A DNA stretch of 64,000 nt from Mobula hypostoma (GCF_963921235.1 NC_086097.1:119662001-119726000), one strand, 5' to 3'; shown: positions 11,087 to 22,690, numbered from the stretch's first letter. Notes: a model not told the origin generated them from the letters alone. Program-made: numbers and translations.

Positions 11087-11920
11087 GGTGAAAATAAAGC
11101 GGTGGGGGCCAGCGAACTTAAAATCATCGAAAAGTTTAAGAGCGTGAGAAGTGTCACGAACATAGGTCGGAAGGGATTGAACAAGGGGTGATAAAACAGT
11201 GTCAAGGTATGCTTATCCGTGTAAGCGGAACAAGTGCTACACATTTCCTTACACTTCCTCCCTTACCACCATTCAGGGCCCCAAACAGTCCTTACAGGTG
11301 AGGCATCACTTCACCTGTGAGTCGACTGGGGTGATATACTGCGTCCGGTGCTCCTGATGTGGCCTTTTATATATTGGTGAGACCCGACGCAGACTGGGAG
11401 ACCGCTTTGCTGAACATCTACACTCTGTCCGCCAGAGAAAGCAGGATCTCCCAGTGGCCACACATTTTAATTCCACATCCCATTCCCATTCTGACATGTC
11501 TATCCACGGCCTCCTCTACTGTAAAGATGAAGCCACACTCAGGTTGGAGGAACAACTCCTTATATTCCGTCTGGGTAGCCTCCAACCTGATGGCATGAAC
11601 ATCGACTTCTCTAACTTCCGCTAAGGCCCCACCTCCCCCTCGTACCCCATCTGTTACTCATTTTTATGCACACATTCTTTCTCTCACTCTCCTTTTTCTC
11701 CCTCTGTCTTTCTGAATATACCTCTTGCCCATCCTCTGGGTCACCCCCCCCCCTTGTCTTTCTCCCTGGTCCTCCTGTCCCATGATCCTCTCGTATCCCC
11801 TTTTGCCTATCACCTGTCCAGCTCTCGGCTCTATCCCTCCCCCTCCTGTCTTCTCCTATCATTTTGCATCTCCCCCTCCCCCTCCCACTTTCAAATCCCT
11901 TACTCACTCTTCCTTCAGTT

Positions 11921-11956
11921 AGTCCTGACGAAGGGTCTCGGCCTGAAACGTCGACT
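11921..11956 (+). ncRNA. Minimal type I hammerhead ribozyme
   Basis: Stem I AGTC/GACT, core CTGACGA (11925-11931), stem II GGGT/GCCT, GAAA (11945-11948), palindromic ACGT stem III. Predicted cleavage after GTC (C11952). Confidence 0.85.
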
Positions 11957-12069
11957 GCGCCTCTTCCTATAGATGCTGCTTGGCCTGCTGCGTTCACCAG
12001 CAACTTTGATGTATGTTGCTTGAATTTCCACACATCAGCAGAATTCCTGTTGTTTGCATTTAAATTTCA

Positions 12070-12207
12070 CCCCAGTCCTGATGAAGTGTGTCCATGAAAT
12101 GTCGACTGTTTATTCCACTCTGTCGATGCTCCCTGTCTTGCTTAGTTCCTCTAGTGTTGTGTATGTGTTGATCTGGATTTCCAGCATCTGCAGAATCTCT
12201 TGTCTTT
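12070..12207 (+). mobile_element. Older solo Penelope pLTR/hammerhead cassette
   Basis: AGTCCTGATGAAG...GAAATGTCGACT followed by GATGCT...TCCAGCATCTGCAGAA. Apparent TSD AAATTTCA (9316-9323 / 12209-12216). Confidence 0.75.
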
Positions 12208-12854
12208 AAAATTTCATGAAATACGTTAGTGATAATAAACCTCATTCTGATTTTGGTACTGATCCTAGACAGCTCTGCACAGATGTGGTTGGCTAAATGG
12301 CATTGTACCGTGGAAATAGTATCTTCATGATTGTCCTCTTCATGTATAAAATATGTATAAATAAAAGATTCACAAGACTGCAGATGCTGAAATCCAGAGC
12401 AGCAAATAATCTGCTAGAGAAACTTAGCTGGTTAACAGCAACTCCCCCCCCCCCCACAGATGTTGCTTGAACCGCTGAGCTGTTTCCACCAATTGTTGCT
12501 CTGTACAAATAAATCCTAGCAGATGTCATTGAGGTGCAAAGAGGTGTTTTAGGAGAGGCATGGGGTGGCGTTGGTTAGGTGTGAGCAGTAATGATCAATA
12601 TATAGTTGACAGATGAAGGGTGAGCACAAGTTAGCTATAACAGTCAGGGTTCACATTGGTGAGATCAGTGATGCAACTCCAGTCCTTCAGATTAGGAAGA
12701 AGGTTAGATAATAGCTGCAAACACTTTTTAAGATATCTGGAATGATTGAAATGAATTCCTTTCTTTTCCTTGTTATCATGATAAATGCTTCTTTTAGACT
12801 GATAGCGTCACAATTTGAAATTTCCATTCCCACTTTAACTGTTCATTGTTATAA

Positions 12855-13320
12855 ACTCATTAGGTGCACCTGTACACCTGCTCATTAATGCAAATATTTA
12901 ATCAGTCATCAAAGCATGCAGACATGTTCAAGAGATCTGCTATTGTTCAGACCAAACATCGGAATGGGGTAGAAGTGTGATCTAAGTGACTTTGACCATG
13001 GAATGAATGTGGGTGCCAGATGGAGTGGTTAGAGTATCTCAGAACCTGCCGATCTCCGAGGATTTTCACACACAATGATCTCTAGAGTTTAAGAGAATGG
13101 TGTGGAAGCAAAAAAATCCATTGAGTGGCAGTTCTATGGGGGGAAATGCCTTATTAATGACAGAGTTCATAGGAGAATAACCAGAATGGTTCAAGTTGAC
13201 AGGCAGAAGACAGCAAGTCAAATAACCATGCATTACAACAGAGGTGTAACGAAGAGAATTTCTGAACACACAACATGTCTAATCTTGAAGTAGATGGACG
13301 GCAGCAGTAGAAGACTACAA
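12855..13320 (+). mobile_element. Tc1/mariner-derived non-autonomous element (decayed ends)
   Basis: Homologous to 15951-16486 and 37643-38179. Transposase N-terminal remnant RITRMVQVDRQKTASQITMHYN...ISEHT. Confidence 0.75.
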
Positions 13321-14339
13321 ACTCTACCCGAGTTATAATTTAAGAGAGAGTGTGGCTAATAAAATGTGAATAGAATTTGTCAAGACTTCTAAACTTCACC
13401 TGTTCACCTAAATTTACCCATTCAATATTTATAATATTATTCAGAGTGCAGATTTATTTCAGAACCTGCTTTGAAGTCTGATCATTTACGACTTTGATGC
13501 TGAAGTTTTCCAATGGTGCCTGAGGTAAAATAGTGAGGCAGAATTCTCAATAAATAATGGGATAGATTTTTGATGTTCGGCCTGAGGCTTAAACGGATTC
13601 ACGGCACACTACCTAAGGGTAGATTTATCAGATGACAGATACTGCAGCGTTACCATGTAGTTTTTAAGACTGATTTAAGATCTGATACCTACTGTGTGTT
13701 ATATTAGTGAGAAAAAATGTTAGAGTCGTGGCAACTTTCTTCTTCAACTAGGAATATAAATTGTTCAGATTTACAATATTTAAAAGTGTTTTCAAAATAT
13801 GTCTTGAAAATATCTTACCACTGGCCTCTTTTGCACCTGGCACAGTACAGTTTCTATTGGATAGAAAGCAATAAAATATTCTGTTGTGAAGATCTCCCAT
13901 CCCTCAATGTAATGAGCTTCAGAGAAAGAATATAGGCAAAAAAAACGATTGTCAACCTTTCCTGTTATCTTTGAGAATTCACTTCCTTGTAACAGCATAG
14001 GTATTTTTCATTAAGATGATTTATAGCTAGCCTAACAAAAATTCACTTGAGTTACCAAACAAATAATGAACAGAACACAACACAGACAGTGCCAGCTTTA
14101 TATTTCCCGTCATCTAATGTTCTGCAGCATAATATTTTCCACATTTGTTATCATTGCACTAAATCCAAAGCCCTCCGAGGTACTGCTGAGCCATTTACGA
14201 ATTCTGCATAACTCGGAAGTTGCACATGCTTCAAGATGTCTTTTACTGAACTGTTGGAACAGAAATCCAAAGAAAGCACAAAATGCATTTATGGGTACAT
14301 GAAAAAGAAATTTTAAAAAAGGCTGAGTTTAGTCACTTC

Positions 14340-14845
14340 AGGTATGAAGGTACAAGTAGGATGGAGGATCAACACTTCGTATTCCATTTGGGCAGCCTTC
14401 AGCCTGACTGCATGAATATCAATTTTTCCAAACTCCGGTAATTTCTTGCCCCTCCTCCTTTTATACTTTTCTATTCCGTATTCTGGCTCCTCTCTTATCC
14501 CTTGACTTTTCACCTGCCTGCCACCTCCCTTTGTTACCCCTCTTCCTTCTGTTTCTTTCATGGTCCGCTCTCCAGCCCTATCAGATTCCACCTTCTTCAA
14601 CCCCTTACCTTTTCCACATATTTCCTTCATGCTTCTCACCATTCCCCCTCCCCACCCCTATACCTTACCCCTCACCTATCACCTTCCAGCTTGAGCTCCT
14701 TCATCTCCCCTCACCTTCTTATTCTGGCTTCTTCCCCATTCCATTCCAGTCTTGATGAAGGATCTTGGCCCAGAATTTGGACTCTCTATTCCTTTCCACA
14801 GATGCTGACCTGCTGAGTTTCTCCATCATTTTGTGTGTGTTTTAA
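14340..14845 (+). mobile_element. Penelope-like 3' end/pLTR, older subfamily
   Basis: RMEDQHFVFHLGSLQ remnant, a pyrimidine-rich UTR and a decayed hammerhead AGTCTTGATGAAGGATCTTGGCCC at ~14748. Confidence 0.75.
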
Positions 14846-14949
14846 GTGACTGACGTTGACGTTATTCACCTTCTGCTATTTACACAATGACATTAAAACA
14901 AAACCTCTGTAAAATGCAAGAATTAATTTCATACAGGCATGTTAAACAC

Positions 14950-15940
14950 TCATTTCAGTCCCTTCCTACCTATCGTCACCAGCCTCTGCATCCAGAACAT
15001 AGTTCTCCACAACTTCTGGCATCTCCAATGGGTTCCCACCATCAAGCATATTTTCCCTCCCCCCCTCCCACTTTGTGTTTTCCACAGAGATCGCTCTCTA
15101 CACAATTCCATTGTCCATTTGTCCCTCTCCACTGATCTCCCTCCTGACACTTACCCTTGCAAGTGGAACAAGTGCTACACCTGCCCCTACACCTCCTCCA
15201 TCACTACCATTTAGGGCCCCAAACAGTTCTTCCAGATGAGGCGACACTTCACCTGTGTGTCTGTTGGGGTCATATACTGTGTCCAGTGTTCCCAGTACGG
15301 CCTTCTGTATATCAATGAGACTCGACATAGATTGAGAGACTGCTTTGTCAAGCATCTATGCTACATCTGCTAGAACAAGTGGGATCTCCCAGTGGCCACC
15401 CATTTTAATTCCACTTCCCATTCCCATTCCGATATGTCCATCCATAGCCTCCTCCACTGTCGTGATGAGGCCACATTTAGGTTGGAGGAACAACACCTTA
15501 TGTTCTGTTTGGGTAGCCTCCAACCCGATACCATGAACATCGACTCCTCAAACTTCCGGTACTGCCCCCCACTTCACCATTTCTCATCCCTTTTACCCTC
15601 TCTCACCCTATTTCCTTGCCCGCCCATCACCTTCCTCTGGTGCTCTTCCCCCCTTTTTCTTTCTTCCATGGCCTTCTGTCTCTTAGACCGATCAACTTGC
15701 CAGCTCTTTATCTCATCCCTCCCCCTCCAGGTTTCACCTATCACCTGGTGTTTCTCTCTATCTGTCCCCCCACCTTTCAAACCTACTCCTCAGCTTTTTT
15801 TCTCCAGTCCTGCCGAAGGGTTTCAGCCCGAAACATCAACTGTACTGTTTTCTGTAGATGCTGTCTGGCCTGTGGAGTTCCTCCAGCATCCTGTGTGAGT
15901 TGCTCGGATTTCCAGCATCTGCAGATTTCCTCTTGTTCGG
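14950..15940 (+). mobile_element. Penelope-like 3' portion (GIY-YIG plus pLTR), decayed
   Basis: TYPCKWNKCYTCPYTSS and ATHFNSTSHSHSDMSIH...LEEQHL, with a decayed hammerhead at 15806-15841. Confidence 0.88.
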
Positions 15941-15950
15941 TGATTTTATA

Positions 15951-16486
15951 CACTCAGAATCCACTTTATTAGATACACCTGTTTGTTAACGCAAATACCT
16001 AATCATCCAACCGTGTAGCAGTAAATCAATGTATAAAAACCTGTAGACACGATCAAGGGGTTCAGTTGTTGTTCAGACCAAACATCAGATTTGGGATGAA
16101 ATGTGATCTAAGTTACTTTAACCATAGAATGATTGTTGGTGCCGGACAGGATGGTTTGAGTATCTCAAAAGATGCTGATTTCTTGGGATTTTCATGCACA
16201 ACAGTCAGTATAGTTTGCAGAGAATTGTGCAAAAAAACAAAACAAATCCAGTGAGCAGCAATTCTGTGGGTGAAACAAAACTGTTAATGAGCAAAATCAG
16301 AGGAGAATGGCCAAACTATTTCAAAGTGACAGTAAGGTGACAGTAACTCAAATAACCAATAACAGTGGTGTGCAGAAGAATATCTCTGATCTCACATGTT
16401 GAACCTTGAAGTTGATGGGCTTCAGCATATACACAGTGGCCACTTTATTAGATACAGGAGGGATCTAATAAAGTGACCACTGAGTG
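15951..16486 (+). mobile_element. Tc1/mariner non-autonomous element
   Basis: TA-flanked TIRs CACTCAG..CCACTTTATTAGAT / ATCTAATAAAGTGACCACTGAGTG, with a transposase HTH remnant (CDLSYFNHRMIVGA). Confidence 0.85.
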
Positions 16487-16859
16487 TATACCCACAGCTA
16501 GGCATTCAATACCATAATTCCTTCAAAACTAATCAAAAAGCTTCAAGATCTGGGCCTCAGTATCTCCTTGTGTAATTTGATGCTTGATTTCCTCACTTGC
16601 AGACACCAGTCAGCTCTGATTGTCAACAACACTTCCTCTGCAATCTCCATCAGGGCAGGTACATCACGAGCAGTGTGCTTAGCTCCCTGCTCTACTCATT
16701 TTACACTTATAACTCTATGGCTAAGCACAGCTCCAATGTCATAGTCAAATTTGCTGATGCCACCACTGTCGTAAGCCAAGTCAAAGGTGGTGATGAATCA
16801 GCATGTCGGAAGGAGATTGAAAATCTGGCTGAGTGGTGCGGCAAAGACTTCTTATTCAA

Positions 16860-18702
16860 GCAACACACATCAAAGTTGCTGGTGAACGCAGCAGGCCAAG
16901 CAGCATCTATAGGAAGAGGTACAGTCGACGTTTCAGGCCGAGACCCTTCGTCAGGACTAACTGAAGGAAGAGTGAGTAAGGGATTTGAAAGCTGGAGGGG
17001 GAGGGGGAGATGCAAAATGATAGGAGAAGACAGGAGGGGGAGGGATAGAGCCGAGAGCTGGACAGGTGATAGGCAAAAGGGGATACGAGAGGATCATGGG
17101 ACAGGAGGACCAGGGAGAAAGACAAGGGGGGGGGTGACCCAGAGGATGGGCAAGAGGTATATTCAGAAAGACAGAGGGAGAAAAAGGAGAGTGAGAGAAA
17201 GAATGTGTGCATAAAAATGAGTAACAGCTGGGGTACGAGGGGGAGGTGGGGCCTAGCGGAAGTTAGAGAAGTCAATGTTCATGCCATCAGGTTGGAGGCT
17301 ACCCAGACGGAATATAAGGTGTTGTTCCTCCAACCAGTGTGGCTTCATCTTTACAGTAGAGGAGGCCGTGGATAGACATGTCAGAATGGGAATGGGATGT
17401 GGAATCAAAATGTGTGGCCACTGGGAGATCCTGCTTTCTCTGGCGGACAGAGCGTAGATGTTCAGCAAAGCGGTCTCCCAGTCTGCGTCGGGTCTCACCA
17501 ATATATAAAAGGCCACATCGGGAGCACCGGACGCAGTATATCACCCCAGTCGACTCACAGGTGAAGTGATGCCTCACCTGGAAGGACTGTTTGGGGCCCT
17601 GAATGGTGGTAAGGGAGGAAGTGTAAGGGCATGTGTAGCACTTGTTCCGCTTACGCGGATAAGTGCCAGGAGGGAGATCAGTGGGGAGGGATGGGGGGGA
17701 CGAATGGACAAGGGAGTCGTGTAGGGAGCGATCCCTGTGGAATGCAGAGGGGGGTGGAGGGAAAGATGTGCTTAGTGGTGGGATCCCGTTGGAGGTGGCG
17801 GAAGTTACGGAGAATAATATGTTGGACCCGGAGGCTGGTGGGGTGGTAGGTGAGGACCAGGGGAACCCTATTCCTAGTGGGGTGGTGGGAGGATGGAGTG
17901 AGAGTAGATGTACGTGAAATGGGGGAGATGCGTTTAAGAGCAGAGTTGATAGTGGAGGAAGGGAAGCCCCTTTCTTTAAAAAATGAAGACATCTCCCTCG
18001 TCCTAGAATGAAAAGCCTCATCCTGAGAGCAGATGCGGTGGAGATGGAGGAATTGCGAGAAGGGGATGGCGTTTTTGCAAGAGACAGGGTGAGAAGAGGA
18101 ATAGTCCAGATAGCTGTGAGAGTCAGTAGGCTTATAGTAGACATCAGTGGATAAGCTGTCTTCAGAGACAGAGACAGAAAGATCTAGAAAGGGGAGGGAG
18201 GTGTCGGAAATGGACCAGGTAAACTTGAGGGCAGGGTGAAAGTTGGAGGCAAAGTTAATAAAGTCAACGAGTTCTGCATGCGTGCAGGAAGCAGCGCCAA
18301 TGCAGTCGTCGATGTAGCGAAGGAAAAGTGGGGGACAGATACCAGAATAGGCACGGAACATAGATTGTTCCACAAACCCAACAAAAAGGCAGGCATAGCT
18401 AGGACCCATACGGGTGCCCATAGCTAAACCTTTAGTTTGGAGGAAATGGGAGGAGCAAAAGGAGAAATTATTAAGAGTAAGGACTAATTCCGCTAGACGG
18501 AGCAGAGTGGTGGTAGAGGGGAACTGATTAGGTCTGGAATCCAAAAAGAAGCGTAGAACTTTGAGACCTTCCTGATGGGGGATGGAAGTATATAAGGATT
18601 GGACATCCATGGTGAAAATAAAGCGGTGGGGGCCAGGGAACTTAAAATCATCGAAAAGTTTAAGAGCGTGAGAAGTGTCACGAACATAGGTCGGAAGGGA
18701 TT
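16860..18702 (-). mobile_element. Penelope-like element, young frameshifted copy
   Basis: ORFs 17678..18610, 17299..18144 and 17253..17516 together match the 453-aa ORF. 14-bp TSD GACTTCTTATTCAA (16846-16859 / 18703-18716). Confidence 0.93.
16923..16958 (-). ncRNA. Minimal type I hammerhead ribozyme
   Basis: Identical 36-mer to 9392-9427. Confidence 0.85.
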
Positions 18703-20164
18703 GACTTCTTATTCAATGTCAGCAAGACCAAGGAGCTGATTATTGGCTTCAGGAGGAAGAAACCAGATGTCCATGAGCCAAGCTGCACTGGAGGATCAGA
18801 GGTGGAGAGAATCAGTAACTTTAAATTCATCAGTGTCATCATTGCAGAACACCACGTAAATGCAATTACAAAGAAAACTCGGCAACACCTCTACTTCCTG
18901 AGGAATTTGCTAAGATTCGGCATGACATCAAAAACTTCAATAGACTTCTATAGGTGTGTGGTGGAGAGTATATTGACTGTCTGCATCACAGCCTAGTATT
19001 GAAATACCACTGTTCTTGAATGGAAAATCCTACAAGACATAAAGGATATGGCTCAATTCAACGGTTAAAGCCCTGCCACCATCGAACATATCTACACAAA
19101 GCATTGTCGCAGGAAAGTGGCATCCATTTTCAGGGACCTCCACCACTCAGGTTATGCTTTCTTGACACTGTTTCCAGCAGGAAGAAATTATAGGAGCCTC
19201 AGGACTCATACCATCAGGTTCAGGAACAGTTATTAACTCTTAACCATCAGACTCTTGAACCAAAGGGAATAACTTCACTCAACTTCACTTGCCCCATCAT
19301 TGAAATATTTCTACAACTTATAGACTCACTATCAAGGACTCTTCATCTCATGTTCTCAGTATTTATTGCTTATATATTTATTATTATTTCTTTCTGTTTG
19401 TATTTACATAGCTTGTTGTCTTTTGCACACTGGTTGAAATTCCAAGTTCGTGCAGTCTTTCATTGATTCTGTTATGCTTATTATTCTATCATGAATTTAT
19501 TGAGTATGCCCTCAAGAAAATGGATCTCAGGGATGTATATAGCGATATACGTGTACTTTAATCATAAATTTACTTTGAACTTTGAACATCATGATAAGCT
19601 GATTTTCAGGTTTTAAAGTAGAGAAAATGATGCATAATCGTTCAACCTATATGGCTGTCAGCACCCAAAGTTGTAAATATCAAACTCTGCTAAATACTTC
19701 TGACCCTTACTTTTCAGCAGTACAGAATTTACACCATAGAAAGAGTCCATCAGCCCAACTGTTCTATGATGGTCTGTACGTTTCATGGAAAGTTCTTGCG
19801 GCCTACTTCATCTAACCATCTCAAGATAATCATTTCTCCCTCGTCTGCTCAACTAGCCCACTTCAGCATTGGCTTGTAACTTCCCCTCAGTATTCAGCTT
19901 TTTAATTAAGTCTGTTTTATTTAGCTACCTGCTGCCTGTTCAAAGACCCCTATGGATAATTTAGATCTGCTTCCTTTCACAGGATTCTTCAGCAATTTAT
20001 GCATCTGTCAAAAATAGATGAGTATTTTTTAAATTATTTCAACATTATGCAAAAGTAAGGTCTATCAGTTCCCCATGAACCAATCCACTGAATCCTGTTT
20101 ATCAAATTCTTTCACCATAACCTGCAAATAGATCTTTCACAAGTGTCTGTCTTCAAAACCTAGC

Positions 20165-20485
20165 CTACTAAAAGTGGTGGTTATAGCCCATTGCATCACA
20201 AGCGAGACCCTCCCCATCACTGAGCACATTTACAAGAAGCACTAAAGTAGCATCCATCATCTAAGAACCCCATCATCCAAGCCATGATCTCTTCACACTA
20301 CTACCATTTGGCTGAGGTACAGAAGCCTTCCGTCCCACATCACCAGGTTCAGGAACAGTTATTATCCAACAACCATCAGGCTCCTGAACCAGTGTGGATA
20401 GCTTCACTCACCATAATGCTGAACTAATTCTTTAGGTAGTATATGGTGACAAATATTACTTAGATAATACATTTACTTTGAACTC
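20165..20485 (+). mobile_element. Rex1/Babar 3' fragment
   Basis: CATCCATCATC...CCCCATCATCCA...GGTTCAGGAACAGTTATT and tail ACTTTGAAC. Confidence 0.7.
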
Positions 20486-20579
20486 TGATGTACTCTTCCA
20501 AGTCACGATAGACTCTATTTTTACCACTTATTCAAGCAGAGAGCTTCAGACACAAATGTTACCTGAGTAAAAATAAATA

Positions 20580-20933
20580 TTTTTTCTTTATATCGTTTGG
20601 CCAAGATTTTTAATCTGTGACTCTTTTGGCCACTGAACAATATGAACATCCTTTGATTTAAACTAGGTGTGATCTTTTACATCTTTGTCAGATATCTTCT
20701 AGAAAACATTGAGTATACAGATTTAAGGAGAAATGATCTTAATCCAATATTGCATCAATCACTGCTGCTAGCTGAGTTTTGTTTTTCAACACAAATAGAT
20801 ATTCATTAGAAATTGTACCCTTCTTTTTTCTTTATATCGTTTGGCCAAGATTTTTAATCTGTGACTCTTTTGGCCACTGAACAGTTTTGTTTTTCAACAC
20901 AAATAGATATTCATTAGAAATTGTACCCTTCTT
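20580..20933. repeat. Local duplication of form A-X-B-A-B
   Basis: 20580-20639 equals 20824-20883, and 20775-20825 equals 20883-20933. Both appear to be exact matches. Confidence 0.9.
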
Positions 20934-21668
20934 ACTTGCTTTACCAAAAGTATGTGTGAAGAAGAAAAACATGGGAGCAAGCTTAGGATATTGCTGGTAA
21001 TATGATGGTATCAAGTTTGCTGACTGCAAACCTATAAACTCAAAGAAAAACATAAAACACTATTGAATTTAAATAGCCACATGTACTCTCACTAAAGGGA
21101 GATTAAACTGTAACTACCCAATCTTCAAAGACTAGATCACTTGCCTGTTAATTCTGCATGGTGAACTTAGCTCTGAATCCCCACAATTTGACTGGTAGGT
21201 CACCTCTCCCTACCAAGAATTTACTTCCAGCTAACAAAGTAGTTTAAAACACAGTTCATTTATTTTCAGTTATATACATTTGCATCCAAACAACACTTTT
21301 AAAATACATTTAAAATTCACAAACAATTTCTGTCTTAAACATTTTCAAATTACGGATCATTTCTAAAACACCAAGTATTTCTAAAACACAAAGCATAAAG
21401 TACAAAGGATTTCCAAATCATAGGTACAATTCCTATACGCTATGAAGACATCCAATGATGCAAATGAATGAACTGTCCATTTCAGAAACCAAAGCCAGAG
21501 GAATGGATTCTCATTCACTCTGTCTTTCTGTCAATCATTTTGATGTTCCTTACCCCATTCCTTACAAGCCTGAATGGCTGTCTACATTGTTCCTTTCTTT
21601 GCCATTGGACTGACTTTATACACATGTAATATTAACTCAGATAACCGTTTTAGACAAATGGTTTAGAA

Positions 21669-21748
21669 CAGGTGTTCCCAAACTGGGATCCATGGACACA
21701 TCTGTTAATGATAGGGGTCCATGGAATAAGAAAGGTTGGGAACCCCTG
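21669..21748. mobile_element. hAT/Charlie-like MITE (80 bp)
   Basis: TIRs CAGGTGTTCCCAA / TTGGGAACCCCTG, with 8-bp TSD GTTTAGAA/GTCTAGAA matching the Charlie-type NTCTAGAN target. Confidence 0.85.
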
Positions 21749-22159
21749 GTCTAGAAGTTTCTTGGCAGACATAGATCTCAGCTTTCCACCATCAATGCTG
21801 TGCAGCGAACTTCTGTTAAGTACATGAAACTCTCAACATTAATAGTTTAGTTATTTGATATGTGAAATTATTGTTTCAATCTGGTCTGCAAGCTTTATTG
21901 AACTAAACAACTTGTCAAGTGGTCTGTTTTGAAACAAGCCAAATAATAAAAAATACATTGTCTTATACTGTACTCTTGAGTGCAACAAACCTGGTGCAGT
22001 GAGCTAGCCACTGCTATATAAGGAGCTTGTTTGTAAAGCTGTGCTTTTAACTTCAAGCTGATTACTGCTTAAACTATTTACATTTTAAGAACTGAAGACT
22101 GGATACCATTTACAACCAGAAAATAAACAGAGCAATATGAGTTGGAAGTTAATTTATTT

Positions 22160-22690
22160 TGTGATGCCCAGGGACTTAAAGCTGCTCACCCTTTCTGCTA
22201 CTGATTCCTCAGTGTGGATTGGTGTGTGTTCTCATAACTTCTACTTTCTAAACTTGACAATAAGTTTCTTGCTCTTGTTGAAATTGAGTGTGAGGTTACT
22301 GTCGCAACACCGTGCAGCCTGCTGTTCTATTTTATTCCAGTAAGCCTTCCCATTGCCATTTGAGGTTCTACCCACAACAGTGGTGTCATTTTCAGATTCA
22401 AAGATTGGATTTGAGCTGTGATTAGCCACACAATCATCAGTGCAGAGTGAGTAGAGCACTGGACTAAGCGCATATCCTCAAGTTGCACGTATTGGTTATC
22501 AGTGAGGAGGAGATGTAACTACCCATCTGCACTGACTGGGGTCTCCCAGTAAGTAAGTTGAGGATCCAGTTGCAGAAGGAGGTACAGAGGCCCAAGACTT
22601 TAACCTTGCTTTTTAGTGCTGAGGGACAGACAGTAATTAACACCAAGATGTAATCGATAAACAGTAGCCTGATGTATGTCTTGTGTATGA
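22160..22690 (-). mobile_element. Rex1/Babar RT fragment
   Basis: LGLCTSFCNWILNLLTGRPQSV and LYSLCTDDCVANHSSN...NDTTVVGR. Confidence 0.8.

Larger units (their letters stand above)
9330..12061. mobile_element. Penelope-like element insertion with inverted structure: minus arm 9330-11212, plus arm 11212-12061
   Basis: 14-bp TSD AAATTTCACCCCAG at 9316-9329 and 12062-12075. Segment 9330-10137 is the reverse complement of 11212-12020 with scattered mismatches. Confidence 0.93.
16490..19586 (+). mobile_element. Rex1/Babar LINE interrupted by a Penelope copy
   Basis: IVKFADATTVV...IENLAEWC resumes at 18717 as NVSKTKELIIGFRRK...ARQHLYFLR-like sequence. Tail ACTTTGAACTTTGAAC. Confidence 0.85.

Noticed and set aside
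12365..12495. Imperfect inverted repeat around a poly-C run
   Set aside because: It is explained by two decayed, oppositely oriented pLTR tail fragments and is too degenerate for a further claim.
16597..17214. 205-aa ORF and similar chimeric ORFs (5258..5692, 50218..50832, 9273..9608)
   Set aside because: These are chance read-through across junctions of nested repeats or antisense pLTR sequence.
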